A DNA stretch of 64,000 nt from a bacterium (GCA_965207065.1 OZ242260.1:160001-224000); one strand, 5' to 3'; positions 28,042 through 37,910 are shown, counted from the first letter of the stretch. Notes: generated by a model not told the origin, from the sequence alone. Made by a program: numbers and translations.

Positions 28042-30788
28042 CTCTTTTCTCTCCCCGTTTCATTCGCTCCGGCGATGGAAGCATTGCGCGCGACGTTTGA
28101 TTTCGCCGCCGCGGCGTGGGCGCCGCTTCTCTCATTTCCGCTATTGTTCCCGCCTTGGGCCGCTTCGCCTTCCGATTTTTCCGATTTGGCTGCGCCGTCC
28201 TTCTCTTTCTTGCCGTTTTTCTCTGCATGGGCGGCGGCATTCCCATCCCCTGCATTCTTCCCTGCATGAGCGGCGCCGCCCGCTGATTTCGCCGATTCGC
28301 CGTGGCCGCCGCCGGTTTGCTTCTCGCCGCTTCCACCACCGTGGCCCGCGCCGCCTTTGGATTTTTCCGATTCGCCGCCGCTCTTGCCGTCCCCGCCGTC
28401 TTTCGCGCCATGGCCCTTATCTTCGCCGGGGCCGTTCCTCCCGCGCGCGGTCTCGTGGGTTCCATGCCTCGTCCCCAACGACTTCCTCTTCCAAAGCGCG
28501 ACCTTGGCCAGACTGCCCTTTTCGGGAACGATGATCTTGGAGTTATGCGAGAGCGCGATTTCGAGTTTCTCGCGCCACAGCATGTTCCGGAGAACCTCCG
28601 GAGCGCTTTGCACGGCCCTGGACACCCGAAGGAGCGCATCGGCCTCCGCCCCGGCGCCCTTCACCCTCCGGTACGCCTCGCCGTCGGCCTGCTTCACTTC
28701 GTAATCGGCGTTGCCGTGCGCCTGGGGAGTGAGCGACACCAGGAGCCGCTGCGCGTTGACGATGATGCGCTCCTTGTCCTCCTGAGCGCTCGATACCTCC
28801 CGGAACGCGCTTATCGTCTCTTTCACGGGGCGGATGGACGCCAGGTTCACCTTGACCAGTTCGACGCTTCCGAACGCCGAGGCTCCTACGTCCGGGTGTC
28901 CGGAATCCGTCCTGGTGGAGAAATGCGCGAACAAATGGGTGACTTGCTTTTCCAGGGTTTCGCGGTGAACGTTGAGCAACTGCTCCAGACCCCGTGCGGA
29001 TACGAAGGAGCGCAGGTGATCCCGGACGCCGTCCTCGATGATTTTCGGCGCGTTCAGGACCCGATAATGGTAGGCGAAGGGGTCTTTCACCCGGTACTGC
29101 ACGTTCACGGTGAGGGAAACCAGATTCAGATCGCCGGACACGTATTCGTGGACGTCGCCGGACATGATGGACTTCACTTCCCGGACCGGCCATTTATCCA
29201 CCTCGACGAAGGGCCAGGGAGCGAGATAGTGCAGCCCCGGCTGCAGATCCTTCCAGTAGACCTTTCCGAACAATCGGCCGTAGCCGACTGTACCGGGAGG
29301 AACGGTCGTGAAGCCGGTGCCGAGGAAGATGAGGAGAATCAGGCCCGTGAGCATGAGGCCCATCGGCGTTTTCAGGGAGAAGGCGCCTCGTATGGGCCGG
29401 CCCCGGGTGAGGCGCTCCCATAGGCGTTTGCAGGGCTCGGACATGGAGCGGATGTTCTGCATCAGATCCTCGTATCCCGTCCGGAAAGCGCCGGCGCGGA
29501 AACGCCATATGATGAGGGCTAAAAAGGCCAGGGCGCTGCCGTATTGCAGCAACAGGATGGCGGGGGAGTCCGAGGCGTCGAGATTCACGGGGAGCGCGAA
29601 GCCGGTGGCGAAGAAAAAGGAGTCGATCAAAACGGCGAAGATGACGGTTACGACGATGACGACGCCGACATAGATGGATGCGAAGCGCGTGCCGAACTGG
29701 TTCATGATGACCGCGATGGTGCCCGTGTTGGTCGCCGGGCCCGTCATGAGAAAAATCAGCGCCGCCCCTGGGCTGAAGCCCTTGGCGACGAGCGCCGCGG
29801 CGATGGGCGTGCTCGCGGATGCGCATATGTAGAGGGGAATCCCGATGATGACCATGATCGGGTAGGACGCCCAGCGGGCGTATTCGTTCTGCATCAGGTC
29901 GCTCGGGATCACCAGAAAGAGCAATCCGCCCACGAAGACGCCGAAGAGCAGCGAGAAGAGGATGTCGTCCGCGATTTCGATGAAGCCGTAGCTGAATATG
30001 TGCCTGACGATCGTCCTGAAGCCCGGCAGCCGATCCTCCTCGGGCGCAGGGGCGAGGGCGGCCTCGGCCGATTCCTCATCGACGAGCAATTCCTCCTGAT
30101 AGAAGTCCGGCTTCACCCAGGACGCGGCCTTCCAGTTTCGCACCGATACGGCGACGCCTATCAGCCAGCGGCGCATGGCATGCTTCAGTTGCGTGGGGCT
30201 GATATAGCAGTCCTCCGAGCCCGGCATGAGCGGCTCGTGCACGCCGTGGTCGTGGCCGTGATCATGGTCGTGTCCGTGGCCATGATCATGCCCGTGATCA
30301 TGCCCGTGATCATGCCCGTGATCGTGGTCGTGTTCGCCTTCCTTCGCTTCGCCCTGGTCGGTTCTGATGAGGCCGATGCAGAAAATGCCTGCGACGACCG
30401 CGGTGACGAAGCTGATGAGGGGCCGCACTATCGCCGCTATCCACCCGAAGAAGGCGTTCGTCACGAGGATCGAATCGGCGCCCGTTTCGGGAGCCGTTAT
30501 CAGAAAAGACATGCACGAGGAGCGCGAAGCCCCCTTCCGCCGCATCTCGGCGACCACGGGCACGACCGAGCAACTGCACAGCGGCACGGGCACGCCGACT
30601 GCCGAACTGACGCTTACCGATTTCAGGCCATCGTCGCGAAGCCACCGGAGAATGGCCTGGCGGGAGATGAATACGTGGATGAGGCCGGAGAGGAACAGCC
30701 CGAGCAGCAGCATGGGCGAGAGCAGAAGGAACGACATCCACAAAAAGTAGAAAAAATCAGCGAATCTGCTCGCCAACTCGGTAGTCAA
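28038..30788 (-). CDS. ArsP/DUF318 (SO_0444-like) metal permease with His-rich loop fused to an HflK-like SPFH domain
   Basis: PLCSCSVVP, PETGADS, YICASASTP, GPATN; (HDHG)n loop; then FTTVPPG..FGK..PGLHY..PWP..AFREVSSA; TTG start after GGGGGA. Confidence 0.88.
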   Translation of the reverse strand: MTTELASRFADFFYFLWMSFLLLSPMLLLGLFLSGLIHVFISRQAILRWLRDDGLKSVSVSSAVGVPVPLCSCSVVPVVAEMRRKGASRSSCMSFLITAPETGADSILVTNAFFGWIAAIVRPLISFVTAVVAGIFCIGLIRTDQGEAKEGEHDHDHGHDHGHDHGHDHGHGHDHDHGHDHGVHEPLMPGSEDCYISPTQLKHAMRRWLIGVAVSVRNWKAASWVKPDFYQEELLVDEESAEAALAPAPEEDRLPGFRTIVRHIFSYGFIEIADDILFSLLFGVFVGGLLFLVIPSDLMQNEYARWASYPIMVIIGIPLYICASASTPIAAALVAKGFSPGAALIFLMTGPATNTGTIAVIMNQFGTRFASIYVGVVIVVTVIFAVLIDSFFFATGFALPVNLDASDSPAILLLQYGSALAFLALIIWRFRAGAFRTGYEDLMQNIRSMSEPCKRLWERLTRGRPIRGAFSLKTPMGLMLTGLILLIFLGTGFTTVPPGTVGYGRLFGKVYWKDLQPGLHYLAPWPFVEVDKWPVREVKSIMSGDVHEYVSGDLNLVSLTVNVQYRVKDPFAYHYRVLNAPKIIEDGVRDHLRSFVSARGLEQLLNVHRETLEKQVTHLFAHFSTRTDSGHPDVGASAFGSVELVKVNLASIRPVKETISAFREVSSAQEDKERIIVNAQRLLVSLTPQAHGNADYEVKQADGEAYRRVKGAGAEADALLRVSRAVQSAPEVLRNMLWREKLEIALSHNSKIIVPEKGSLAKVALWKRKSLGTRHGTHETARGRNGPGEDKGHGAKDGGDGKSGGESEKSKGGAGHGGGSGEKQTGGGHGESAKSAGGAAHAGKNAGDGNAAAHAEKNGKKEKDGAAKSEKSEGEAAQGGNNSGNERSGAHAAAAKSNVARNASIAGANETGREKR

Positions 30789-31107
30789 AGGGTTATCCCC
30801 CAAGGAAGGGGTTCCACAAAAAAAACTTTCGTGGAGCGCCTCGTGTAACACCCCAACCAACATAGTGATAATTCGTCAAGTTACAAGGCGAAAGGGGGTA
30901 TGTCAACGAATTTCTTCAGGCGCACTTACATAGTTTTCGCAGAAAGGTGTTCTGCGAAGAGGGGGCGGGAAAATTTCCCGTCAAAACCATCTGCCGAGGC
31001 GTCCGGGCCGGCGAACGCCGCTACTACGAAAATTCAGGCGCGGGCTACCGGGAATACGCGGGGAGCCGGGCGGACTCGCTCCATATCCCCGGGAAACGCC
31101 GCCCAAT

Positions 31108-32250
31108 TTATTTCCCCGAAAGGCACGTCCCGAGCGATTTCGCCATGCTGCGCATGAGGGTGAAATACGCGTCCTCCCCGGCGGGGATTCCCGTACCCAG
31201 CGGATCGAGCACGCCGGTTCCGGCCCCCGTGCCCTCCATGATGACCTTCACGAGCCTGGGCTGGAACTGCGGCTCGGTGAACACGCAGATCGACTTCGTG
31301 TCCCTGATCTTCCTGCGTATCGCCACCAGGCGCGCCGAGCCCGGCTTCTTCTCGGGCGAGAGGGTCACCGAACCGATGGGGGTCAGTCCGTAGCGTTTCT
31401 CCATGTATTGATACGCATCGTGAAAGACGATGTAGGGCGCGCCTTTCACGGGGGCCAGCGCCTGCGCGAGTTCCTTGTGCAAGGCGTCGATGCGGGCCTT
31501 GAGGTTTTGCGCGTTCGACTCGTATTTTTTCTTGTTCGCAGGATCCACCTCTTCGAGTTCATGCGCGATGGCGTCCACCCACCTACGGGCGTTCATGGGG
31601 TCGAGCCAAATGTGCGCGTCGAAGCCTCCGTGATCCTCCTCATCCCCATGATCACCCTTGGCCTCGGCCTTCTCGTGATGATCGTCGTCTTTCGCCTTGG
31701 CTTCCATTTTCTCGTGGTCGTCATCCTTCGCCCCGGTTTTTTCCTTCTCGTCATGATGATCATCTTCAGCTTTCCCGCGTTTCTCCTTGTCGTGATCATC
31801 GTCCCCGTCTTTCGCCTCTTTGCCCTCATCATGATGATCGCCTTCGGCCTTTTTCTCTCCGCCGTGATCATCGTCGTGCCCTTCCCACAAACCGCCTTCC
31901 CTGAGCTTCAACAACTCCAGTCCTTTCAATTCTCCCAGGGCGACGACGTTCGCCCTTTTCGGCAGAATTTCGAGAGGCCGCTCGAGGCCCGGGGCGAGCA
32001 CATCGCCCACCCAGAAAATCACGCGCGCTCTTTCGAGCTCTCTGGCGTCGGAGGGTTTGAGGGAAAACGTATGGGGCGAGGCAACGCCCTTTATCAGAAG
32101 ATAGGGTTCGCCGATCCCTTTCATGACTCCCGAAACCAGCGAATGAAGCGGTTTGATAGAAGTCACCACCCTTGGGGCGGCCGATGCGGGAGCGGCATGG
32201 TGAGCTGTCAAGACTATTGCCAGAAACCCGACGGTCAATAAATTTTTCAT
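31108..32250 (-). CDS. znuA: Zinc ABC transporter substrate-binding protein
   Basis: VVTSIKP, SPH, long His/Asp loop, DAHIWLDP, FHDAY; start at ATG 32250. Confidence 0.95.
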   Translation of the reverse strand: MKNLLTVGFLAIVLTAHHAAPASAAPRVVTSIKPLHSLVSGVMKGIGEPYLLIKGVASPHTFSLKPSDARELERARVIFWVGDVLAPGLERPLEILPKRANVVALGELKGLELLKLREGGLWEGHDDDHGGEKKAEGDHHDEGKEAKDGDDDHDKEKRGKAEDDHHDEKEKTGAKDDDHEKMEAKAKDDDHHEKAEAKGDHGDEEDHGGFDAHIWLDPMNARRWVDAIAHELEEVDPANKKKYESNAQNLKARIDALHKELAQALAPVKGAPYIVFHDAYQYMEKRYGLTPIGSVTLSPEKKPGSARLVAIRRKIRDTKSICVFTEPQFQPRLVKVIMEGTGAGTGVLDPLGTGIPAGEDAYFTLMRSMAKSLGTCLSGK

Positions 32251-32296
32251 GAATAATATCCCTTTTGGCCTGGAATGTGATTGAAGACAATGCAAT

Positions 32297-32315
32297 AATG
32301 GTATAGTATAATATA
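32297..32315. promoter_or_regulatory. Probable Zur box in the divergent znuA/zur promoter
   Basis: AATGGTATAGTATAATATA resembles the AATGTTATA-N-TATAACATT consensus. Confidence 0.65.
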
Positions 32316-32342
32316 TCTATTTTCTGATCAAGGAATAATTAA

Positions 32343-32831
32343 ATGCCATCAAGCAACAATAATTTTCCCAACAGACATCACGACCATGCGGTCTGTATCG
32401 AGAGTGCGCTGGTACAAGCCGAATTGCTTTGCAGGGAACGCGGAGTAAGGCTCACGCCGCTCAGGAGGCGCGTTCTAGAAATCGTATGGGAGAGCCACGC
32501 GCCCCTTGGCGCCTACGACGCGCTCCAGCGCATGAACGCAGGCGGGGAGCGAAACGCTCCGCCCACCGTCTACCGGGCGCTGGATTTTCTCCTGAAGCAC
32601 GGCCTCATTCACCGCATCGAGAGCATGAACGCGTTCGTGGGATGCGCCACACCGGAGTATACTCACAAAGGCCAGTTCTTCATCTGCCGAGATTGTGGAA
32701 ACGTGGCCGAGGCGCACAGCAAGGAAATCAGCGAGGCCATCGAGGCAAGCGCCACCCGAACCGGTTTTCTGGTGGAAACGCCAGTCGTGGAAATCAGCGG
32801 TCAGTGCCTGGAGTGTCATGACAATGAATGA
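32343..32831 (+). CDS. zur: Zinc uptake regulator (Fur family)
   Basis: RLTPLRRRVL, PPTVYRALDFL, CRDC..CLEC; znu context. Confidence 0.93.
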   Translation: MPSSNNNFPNRHHDHAVCIESALVQAELLCRERGVRLTPLRRRVLEIVWESHAPLGAYDALQRMNAGGERNAPPTVYRALDFLLKHGLIHRIESMNAFVGCATPEYTHKGQFFICRDCGNVAEAHSKEISEAIEASATRTGFLVETPVVEISGQCLECHDNE

Positions 32832-33609
32832 AGCGCGACCTCCCCTCATTTCCGTTGCGAACCTCAACTTCGGCATCGGGGAGACGACGATTCTCCAAAA
32901 CATCAACCTCGAAATATCGGCGGGCGAAATCCTCACTCTTGTCGGCCCTAACGGCGCGGGCAAAACCACCTTGGTCCGCGTGCTGCTCGGACTGCTCAAG
33001 CCCGACTCGGGCGAGATCCGCCGAAAGGAGGGCATTTCGGTCGGCTACCTTCCCCAGGCTTTCGAGGTGGACCCCTCGCTTCCGCTCACAGTGCGCAGGT
33101 TGTTAAGCCTCACGCAAAAGCCGTCGCTCAAGCAGATGGAGGCGCATCTCGAAGAGGTGGGCGCGAGAAACCTGCTGGATCATCCCGTCCAGAGCCTCTC
33201 GGGTGGAGAGCGCCAGCGCGTGCTTCTCGCCCGCGCCCTGCTGCGCAATCCCGAACTTCTCGTTCTCGACGAACCCATCCAGAACGTGGACATCAACGGA
33301 CAGACCGAACTCTACCGACTCATCATGAAGATCAGAGACAACAGGGGCTGCGGTGTTCTCATGATCTCGCACGACCTCCACCTCGTTATGGCGTTCACCG
33401 ACCTCGTGGTGTGCCTCAACAAGCACATCTGTTGTTCCGGACATCCCGAAGCCGTGAGCAAGCACCCCGAATACCTCGCCCTGTTTGGAAAGCAGGCGGC
33501 TGAGAGCCTGGCGGTCTACACACACAGGCACGACCACGTTCACGGACCAGAAGGGGAGATACTCCCCATCGAACCCGAAGAAGCCCATCACCATCATGGA
33601 GACACCTGA
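32824..33609 (+). CDS. znuC: Zinc ABC transporter ATPase
   Basis: GPNGAGKT, LSGGE, LDEP, SHDL, HICCSG, His-rich tail. Confidence 0.95.
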   Translation: MNEARPPLISVANLNFGIGETTILQNINLEISAGEILTLVGPNGAGKTTLVRVLLGLLKPDSGEIRRKEGISVGYLPQAFEVDPSLPLTVRRLLSLTQKPSLKQMEAHLEEVGARNLLDHPVQSLSGGERQRVLLARALLRNPELLVLDEPIQNVDINGQTELYRLIMKIRDNRGCGVLMISHDLHLVMAFTDLVVCLNKHICCSGHPEAVSKHPEYLALFGKQAAESLAVYTHRHDHVHGPEGEILPIEPEEAHHHHGDT

Positions 33610-34400
33610 TGGAGGATTTCATGCTCAGAGGTCTCATGGGAGGGGTGGGCGTCGCCCTGGTCACGGGCCCCGTGGGCTGTTTCATCGTCTGGCGCAAGAT
33701 GGCCTATTTCGGGAATTCCATGTCCCACACGGCTCTCCTCGGCGTGGCGATAGGGTTCGCCTTCGGGGTGGATATCAGGCTCGGCATCCTCATCTCCTGC
33801 ATCGGCCTCGCGCTCATCCTCCTGATGCTGCAAAGCCGGAAAACACTCTCCACCGATACGCTGCTGGGCATCCTGGCGCACACGGCGCTTTCGGTGGGCA
33901 TCATCGCCGTCAGCGTGCTGGAGACGCTCCGGGTCGATCTGATAGGCTATCTCTTCGGCGACATCCTCGCGGTCGGCCCGCTGGATTTGTGGTGGATCTA
34001 CCTCGGCGGGGCGGCGGCGCTGGGTACGCTCGCGTGGCTGTGGCGAGGCCTTCTCGCCGTCACGGTGAACGAAGAACTCGCGAGCGCCGAGGGGATACCG
34101 ACATTCGCCGTGAAACTCGTCTTCATGCTCCTGATCGCCTTCATCATCGCCATCGCCATGAAGTTGATAGGAATACTGCTCATCACCTCGATGCTCATCA
34201 TACCGGCGGCGGCGGCGCGGCGATTCTCCAAAACACCCGAGCAGATGGCGGCGCTCGCCGCCCTGGCGGGGACCGTATCAGTAGTGGCGGGTCTGTGGGT
34301 GTCGGTCGCATGGAACGCGCCCGCAGGGCCGTGCATCGTTGTGGCGGCGGCGGCGCTGTTCCTTTTCAGCCATACCTGGGAGATCCTGACCGGTAGGTGA
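33609..34400 (+). CDS. znuB: Zinc ABC transporter permease
   Basis: GCFIVWRKMAYFG..SH, YLFGDIL, IIPAAAAR. Confidence 0.95.
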   Translation: MEDFMLRGLMGGVGVALVTGPVGCFIVWRKMAYFGNSMSHTALLGVAIGFAFGVDIRLGILISCIGLALILLMLQSRKTLSTDTLLGILAHTALSVGIIAVSVLETLRVDLIGYLFGDILAVGPLDLWWIYLGGAAALGTLAWLWRGLLAVTVNEELASAEGIPTFAVKLVFMLLIAFIIAIAMKLIGILLITSMLIIPAAAARRFSKTPEQMAALAALAGTVSVVAGLWVSVAWNAPAGPCIVVAAAALFLFSHTWEILTGR

Positions 34401-34693
34401 TGAACGGCGCGGCACCCCCTGACTAGACTGCATCGAACGCACCGTTACCTCGGATGTAAGCATTCGGTGGCAAGGTGATGGCCGTGCTGAAACCGGTGCC
34501 TACATGAAGCATTGTCCGAAAAGAGTCAGACCAGCGCAGTGTCCTCACCACTTCGGCAGTGGCAGGAGATTCTGGTGGTCCCGGTGAATCAGCAGCATTC
34601 TCACTTACCGTGGGGGACATTGGCCCGCGTCGTTAGCACTCACTCCGGAGAGTCTGTGGTCCGCTCTATCATCCCACCAGCGAACGGATACCC

Positions 34694-34872
34694 CGACATA
34701 GACCCGCCGGGATATGCAGAAGTTAGAATTCGCCCGCTTTCGGCTTGTTTACGGACTGCGGAAGGCGAATTCTGAAAGAAACCTCCAATTACCGATACTG
34801 ACAATACTTTCAACAATTTATAATTGTTTCACCCCCGCCGGAATTCCCCCACCGTCTGTAAACGGGCGGAAT
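34694..34872 (+). repeat. Imperfect ~180-bp direct repeat, copy 2
   Basis: Aligns with 21499-21678. Confidence 0.85.
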
Positions 34873-34907
34873 ATCCTATTTTAAATGCACCTCATATTCA
34901 GCAGGAA

Positions 34908-35342
34908 TTATTCTCTTTTGAAAGATTTGATAGTTTCAATCTCAATACCTTCATTGTATTTGTCCACCTGATTCGGAATCGTGAACAAGTCGATAAACCA
35001 CCAGATTGCATAGGCAAACAACCCCATGAAACCAATCGCTATTATGAATTCTCCCTCTGATAATTCTTCGCTCGATACATGAAGCGCACTCGGATCAAAA
35101 CTCATGATGAGGCCAGATAACAGAAAGATGGAAGCAATGGATGGTCCGATGATATAGAGTATTCCCGCCCAAATATTGCCGAGATAGAACTTGTGGATGC
35201 CGAGAAAACTAAGGAAGAACCATAACACATAAGTGAGACTGACGGATTTTTTCCGTCGCTCAATTTCACTTTGCAAGATATGAAATTCCCTGTCGCTAAG
35301 ATTGGATTTTAGAGCTATCAGTTCTTTGGAGCGGTCTGTCAT
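34908..35342 (-). CDS. TM2-domain membrane protein
   Basis: KKS..YVLWFFL..LGIHKFYLG..WW.IDLF.IP. Confidence 0.9.
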   Translation of the reverse strand: MTDRSKELIALKSNLSDREFHILQSEIERRKKSVSLTYVLWFFLSFLGIHKFYLGNIWAGILYIIGPSIASIFLLSGLIMSFDPSALHVSSEELSEGEFIIAIGFMGLFAYAIWWFIDLFTIPNQVDKYNEGIEIETIKSFKRE

Positions 35343-35848
35343 ATTATTGCTTCCTCATTGGTTTTCTCGTCATTATTCTTAACTTCAAGTCGAGGAATTT
35401 CTATATGCCATTTTGTCTCCAATGAGTCCAAAAACTCATTCATGGGAAAATAAGAATAGCCTTCATCTGGCTTTGCCTTGAACCCTTTTTTGAGTAATCC
35501 TCGGATATATATTTCGTTATAAAAGAAGGGAAATGATAAGATGCAGATTATGGTTAAACCCACCATGGATAGGGCAATATATTGGGTGGATTGAGAGAAT
35601 TCGGCTAAACTAGTTTGTGTGAAAATTGACGATGCGTAAACTCCGGGAATCCCGCACAAAAACATAATGATTGCCCATTTCGAGTCTCCTCTCCACGCTG
35701 GTACTCCCCAGGCAAAGAGTAGTCCTAAAAAAAGGGCTGACCATGAAAAACCAACTGGCGCTTTTTTAATGTGCGCTCTCTTTTTCCACCACGATAATGA
35801 TTTGGTATCTTGATTTTCTTTCATAAACACGATCTTCGCGTAAGCCAT
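35339..35848 (-). CDS. DUF2628-like membrane protein
   Basis: KKAPVGFSW..P..RGD.KW..YN..YI..LLKKGF. Confidence 0.75.
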   Translation of the reverse strand: MAYAKIVFMKENQDTKSLSWWKKRAHIKKAPVGFSWSALFLGLLFAWGVPAWRGDSKWAIIMFLCGIPGVYASSIFTQTSLAEFSQSTQYIALSMVGLTIICILSFPFFYNEIYIRGLLKKGFKAKPDEGYSYFPMNEFLDSLETKWHIEIPRLEVKNNDEKTNEEAII

Positions 35849-35986
35849 GTATTCCTGCCTCAAAAAGAAATATGGGAATAGCCCGTCTTCGCTGTCGGGC
35901 CGGTGGCCTTTCAATTCAAGAAAACTCAACTAAAACCAACTTTTTATTTGACGGTTATCATTTGCGGTTTTTTTATTTTGCAAACT

Positions 35987-36145
35987 TCAATTATCTGCCC
36001 AGTATCTGAAAAGCATTCTTATAAATAAGGCGGAAACGAGAATGATTCCGTAAATTTGATATTTCCATTTTCGCCAGAAATCTTTTTCTTCTTTGTCTCT
36101 ATCGTCTTGAGCCTCTTGAGCGATTGACTCTTTGTCTTTAGTCAC
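35987..36145 (-). CDS. 52-aa single-TM small protein absent from the ORF track
   Basis: AGGAAGGA RBS, GTG start, MTKDKESIAQEAQDDRDKEEKDFWRKWKYQIYGIILVSALFIRMLFRYWADN. Confidence 0.6.
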   Translation of the reverse strand: MTKDKESIAQEAQDDRDKEEKDFWRKWKYQIYGIILVSALFIRMLFRYWADN

Positions 36146-36166
36146 ATTTCCTTCCTTCTAGGATGA

Positions 36167-36778
36167 TTACGACTCTTTGCTATGGTCGTTATTTTGTCTT
36201 TTTTCATCGCCCATCATTCGCGCCCTTATAGAACCAGACGATAAGAGCAGACCTAAAGCGGAAAGAAGAATCAATACCATTTTCCCGCCATAGGTTTCCC
36301 AAAATGGTAATTCTGTATTATGTGGTAGAGAGACATGCGCGAGACTTGCGAGTTTTTCTAATTCAGTGCGATTGAATTCAACATAGACAACTTGGTCTGA
36401 GATTTTTGAGTTCTCAATATAACCACACCATCGGATGTGATAATTCCAAACTGGTAACGAAAAGATCGTAATCGACTTGTAAATTATTCCGACATCAAAG
36501 AAATGTCCGTCTGTTGTTTTGAAAGGTGGAGTATCCGGAAAATCTACGATTTTGATCGTGTTTTCCCCGCCGTAAGTAAAAGGAGCAAATTTTCGGATCC
36601 AAGTCTCCACTGAAGGTGGCTCGTAATATTCAACATATCCAAGAATGGCGATCATGATGATTACGGCAATACTAATTCTCAGTGGTTTGGACGCAGTAGA
36701 TGAGCGAGTCACAGTCCCCTCATATGAAAAGGGAATATCCAACCGTCCCGACACTTGATCGGGCCGGTTGCCAGACAA
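36167..36778 (-). CDS. Two-TM hypothetical membrane protein
   Basis: Two hydrophobic helices flanking a soluble domain; start uncertain. Confidence 0.65.
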   Translation of the reverse strand: MSGNRPDQVSGRLDIPFSYEGTVTRSSTASKPLRISIAVIIMIAILGYVEYYEPPSVETWIRKFAPFTYGGENTIKIVDFPDTPPFKTTDGHFFDVGIIYKSITIFSLPVWNYHIRWCGYIENSKISDQVVYVEFNRTELEKLASLAHVSLPHNTELPFWETYGGKMVLILLSALGLLLSSGSIRARMMGDEKRQNNDHSKES

Positions 36779-37245
36779 CGCACAGATTGCTCGGTGGGTT
36801 CCCGCGTATTCCCGCAGGGATGCGGTCTTCTATTTCGCAGGCGACCCGAATTAAAGGTCGATCTGCACGTTATCTGGCAAGAAGTAATATGGATGATGGG
36901 GTTTGGATTTGTCAATGATTAACAGTTCGTCGTTGATTGAATTTTACGAAAACTTGAACTTATCTTCGTGTTTCGTGTGTTATCCAGGTGGGTCATTTCA
37001 TTAGAGAATGGTCAATTCAGATTGAATCTGGAGAAGTGAACTAGGCTTTGCGCTGAAACGACCTTGGAAACATTTTCGTTGGAAACCAAGAACTTTGGAT
37101 ACCGGTCGAAAATTGCGAAACAACAAGCTCAAACGACTTCGGCTGTCACGGAAATCCATCTAATGCCGGAGTATATTTTTGTCCTACCAGGCCATCGCGA
37201 TGAATGGTCCTCTCCCACTTCAAGTAGGCTGTCAGCACCAGAAAC

Positions 37246-37275
37246 TTGACATATTATATTAAAATATGTTATAAT
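37246..37275 (+). promoter_or_regulatory. Consensus sigma70 promoter upstream of xis-int
   Basis: TTGACA-18 bp-TATAAT with extended -10 TG. Confidence 0.7.
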
Positions 37276-37479
37276 ATTATTAATATTTAGCATGAATGTG
37301 TCTGGTTTTTTCTTGTGCCAAGCCCACAAATTTATTCAATGCCAATGATGTAACGCTGTGGGGCTCTTCCTTGATTGAGGAAATCCAATAGGGGGAATTG
37401 TGCGCAAGTTATGCTGCTTAAAACCAAGAAAAAGAAATCTGTATTTTGGTGAATTTTTTTATCATAAGGAGAAATTTAT

Positions 37480-37899
37480 ATGCATGAAATGAATCACAAT
37501 CCACAAAATTACGAACCACGGTTACTTCAATTTCCGCTAGGGATAGAGGAGGATGCTGATAGCAAGATGAAGGCGAAAATCCCAATGCATTCTCTAGAGG
37601 CACAATTCCCACCTTTAACAAAAAACGGGACTCTGCGAAATTCTCAACCTGCAAATGACCGAAAGCGCAGATCCTCCACTGTGCCGACCATCTCGGCGAA
37701 AGATCTCGAAAACAACAAATACCTAACCGTCAAGGAAGCAGCTATTTATACCAACACTCCAGAGAACACTATCCGCAGTAAATGGATAGCGATGCGAAAA
37801 GCCCCATATCACAAGATAGGGAAATCAGTAATGTTCAATCGTGTCGAACTAGATGAGTGGATGGAGCAGCAGAAAATCGAACCCATTACTATAGATTAG
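37480..37899 (+). CDS. Excisionase-like HTH protein
   Basis: YLTVKEAA.Y..TI..PYHKIG..V.F...ELDEW; start uncertain. Confidence 0.85.
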   Translation: MHEMNHNPQNYEPRLLQFPLGIEEDADSKMKAKIPMHSLEAQFPPLTKNGTLRNSQPANDRKRRSSTVPTISAKDLENNKYLTVKEAAIYTNTPENTIRSKWIAMRKAPYHKIGKSVMFNRVELDEWMEQQKIEPITID

Positions 37900-37910
37900 A
37901 GGAAGTATGA

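Noticed and set aside
30790-31100. Separate Zur box upstream of the permease-SPFH operon
   Set aside because: No good consensus match; only a widely spaced TGTAAC..GTTACA pair
36780-36915. Possible CI/LexA repressor remnant (RIPAG-like peptide)
   Set aside because: Too short, with no supporting HTH or catalytic motifs
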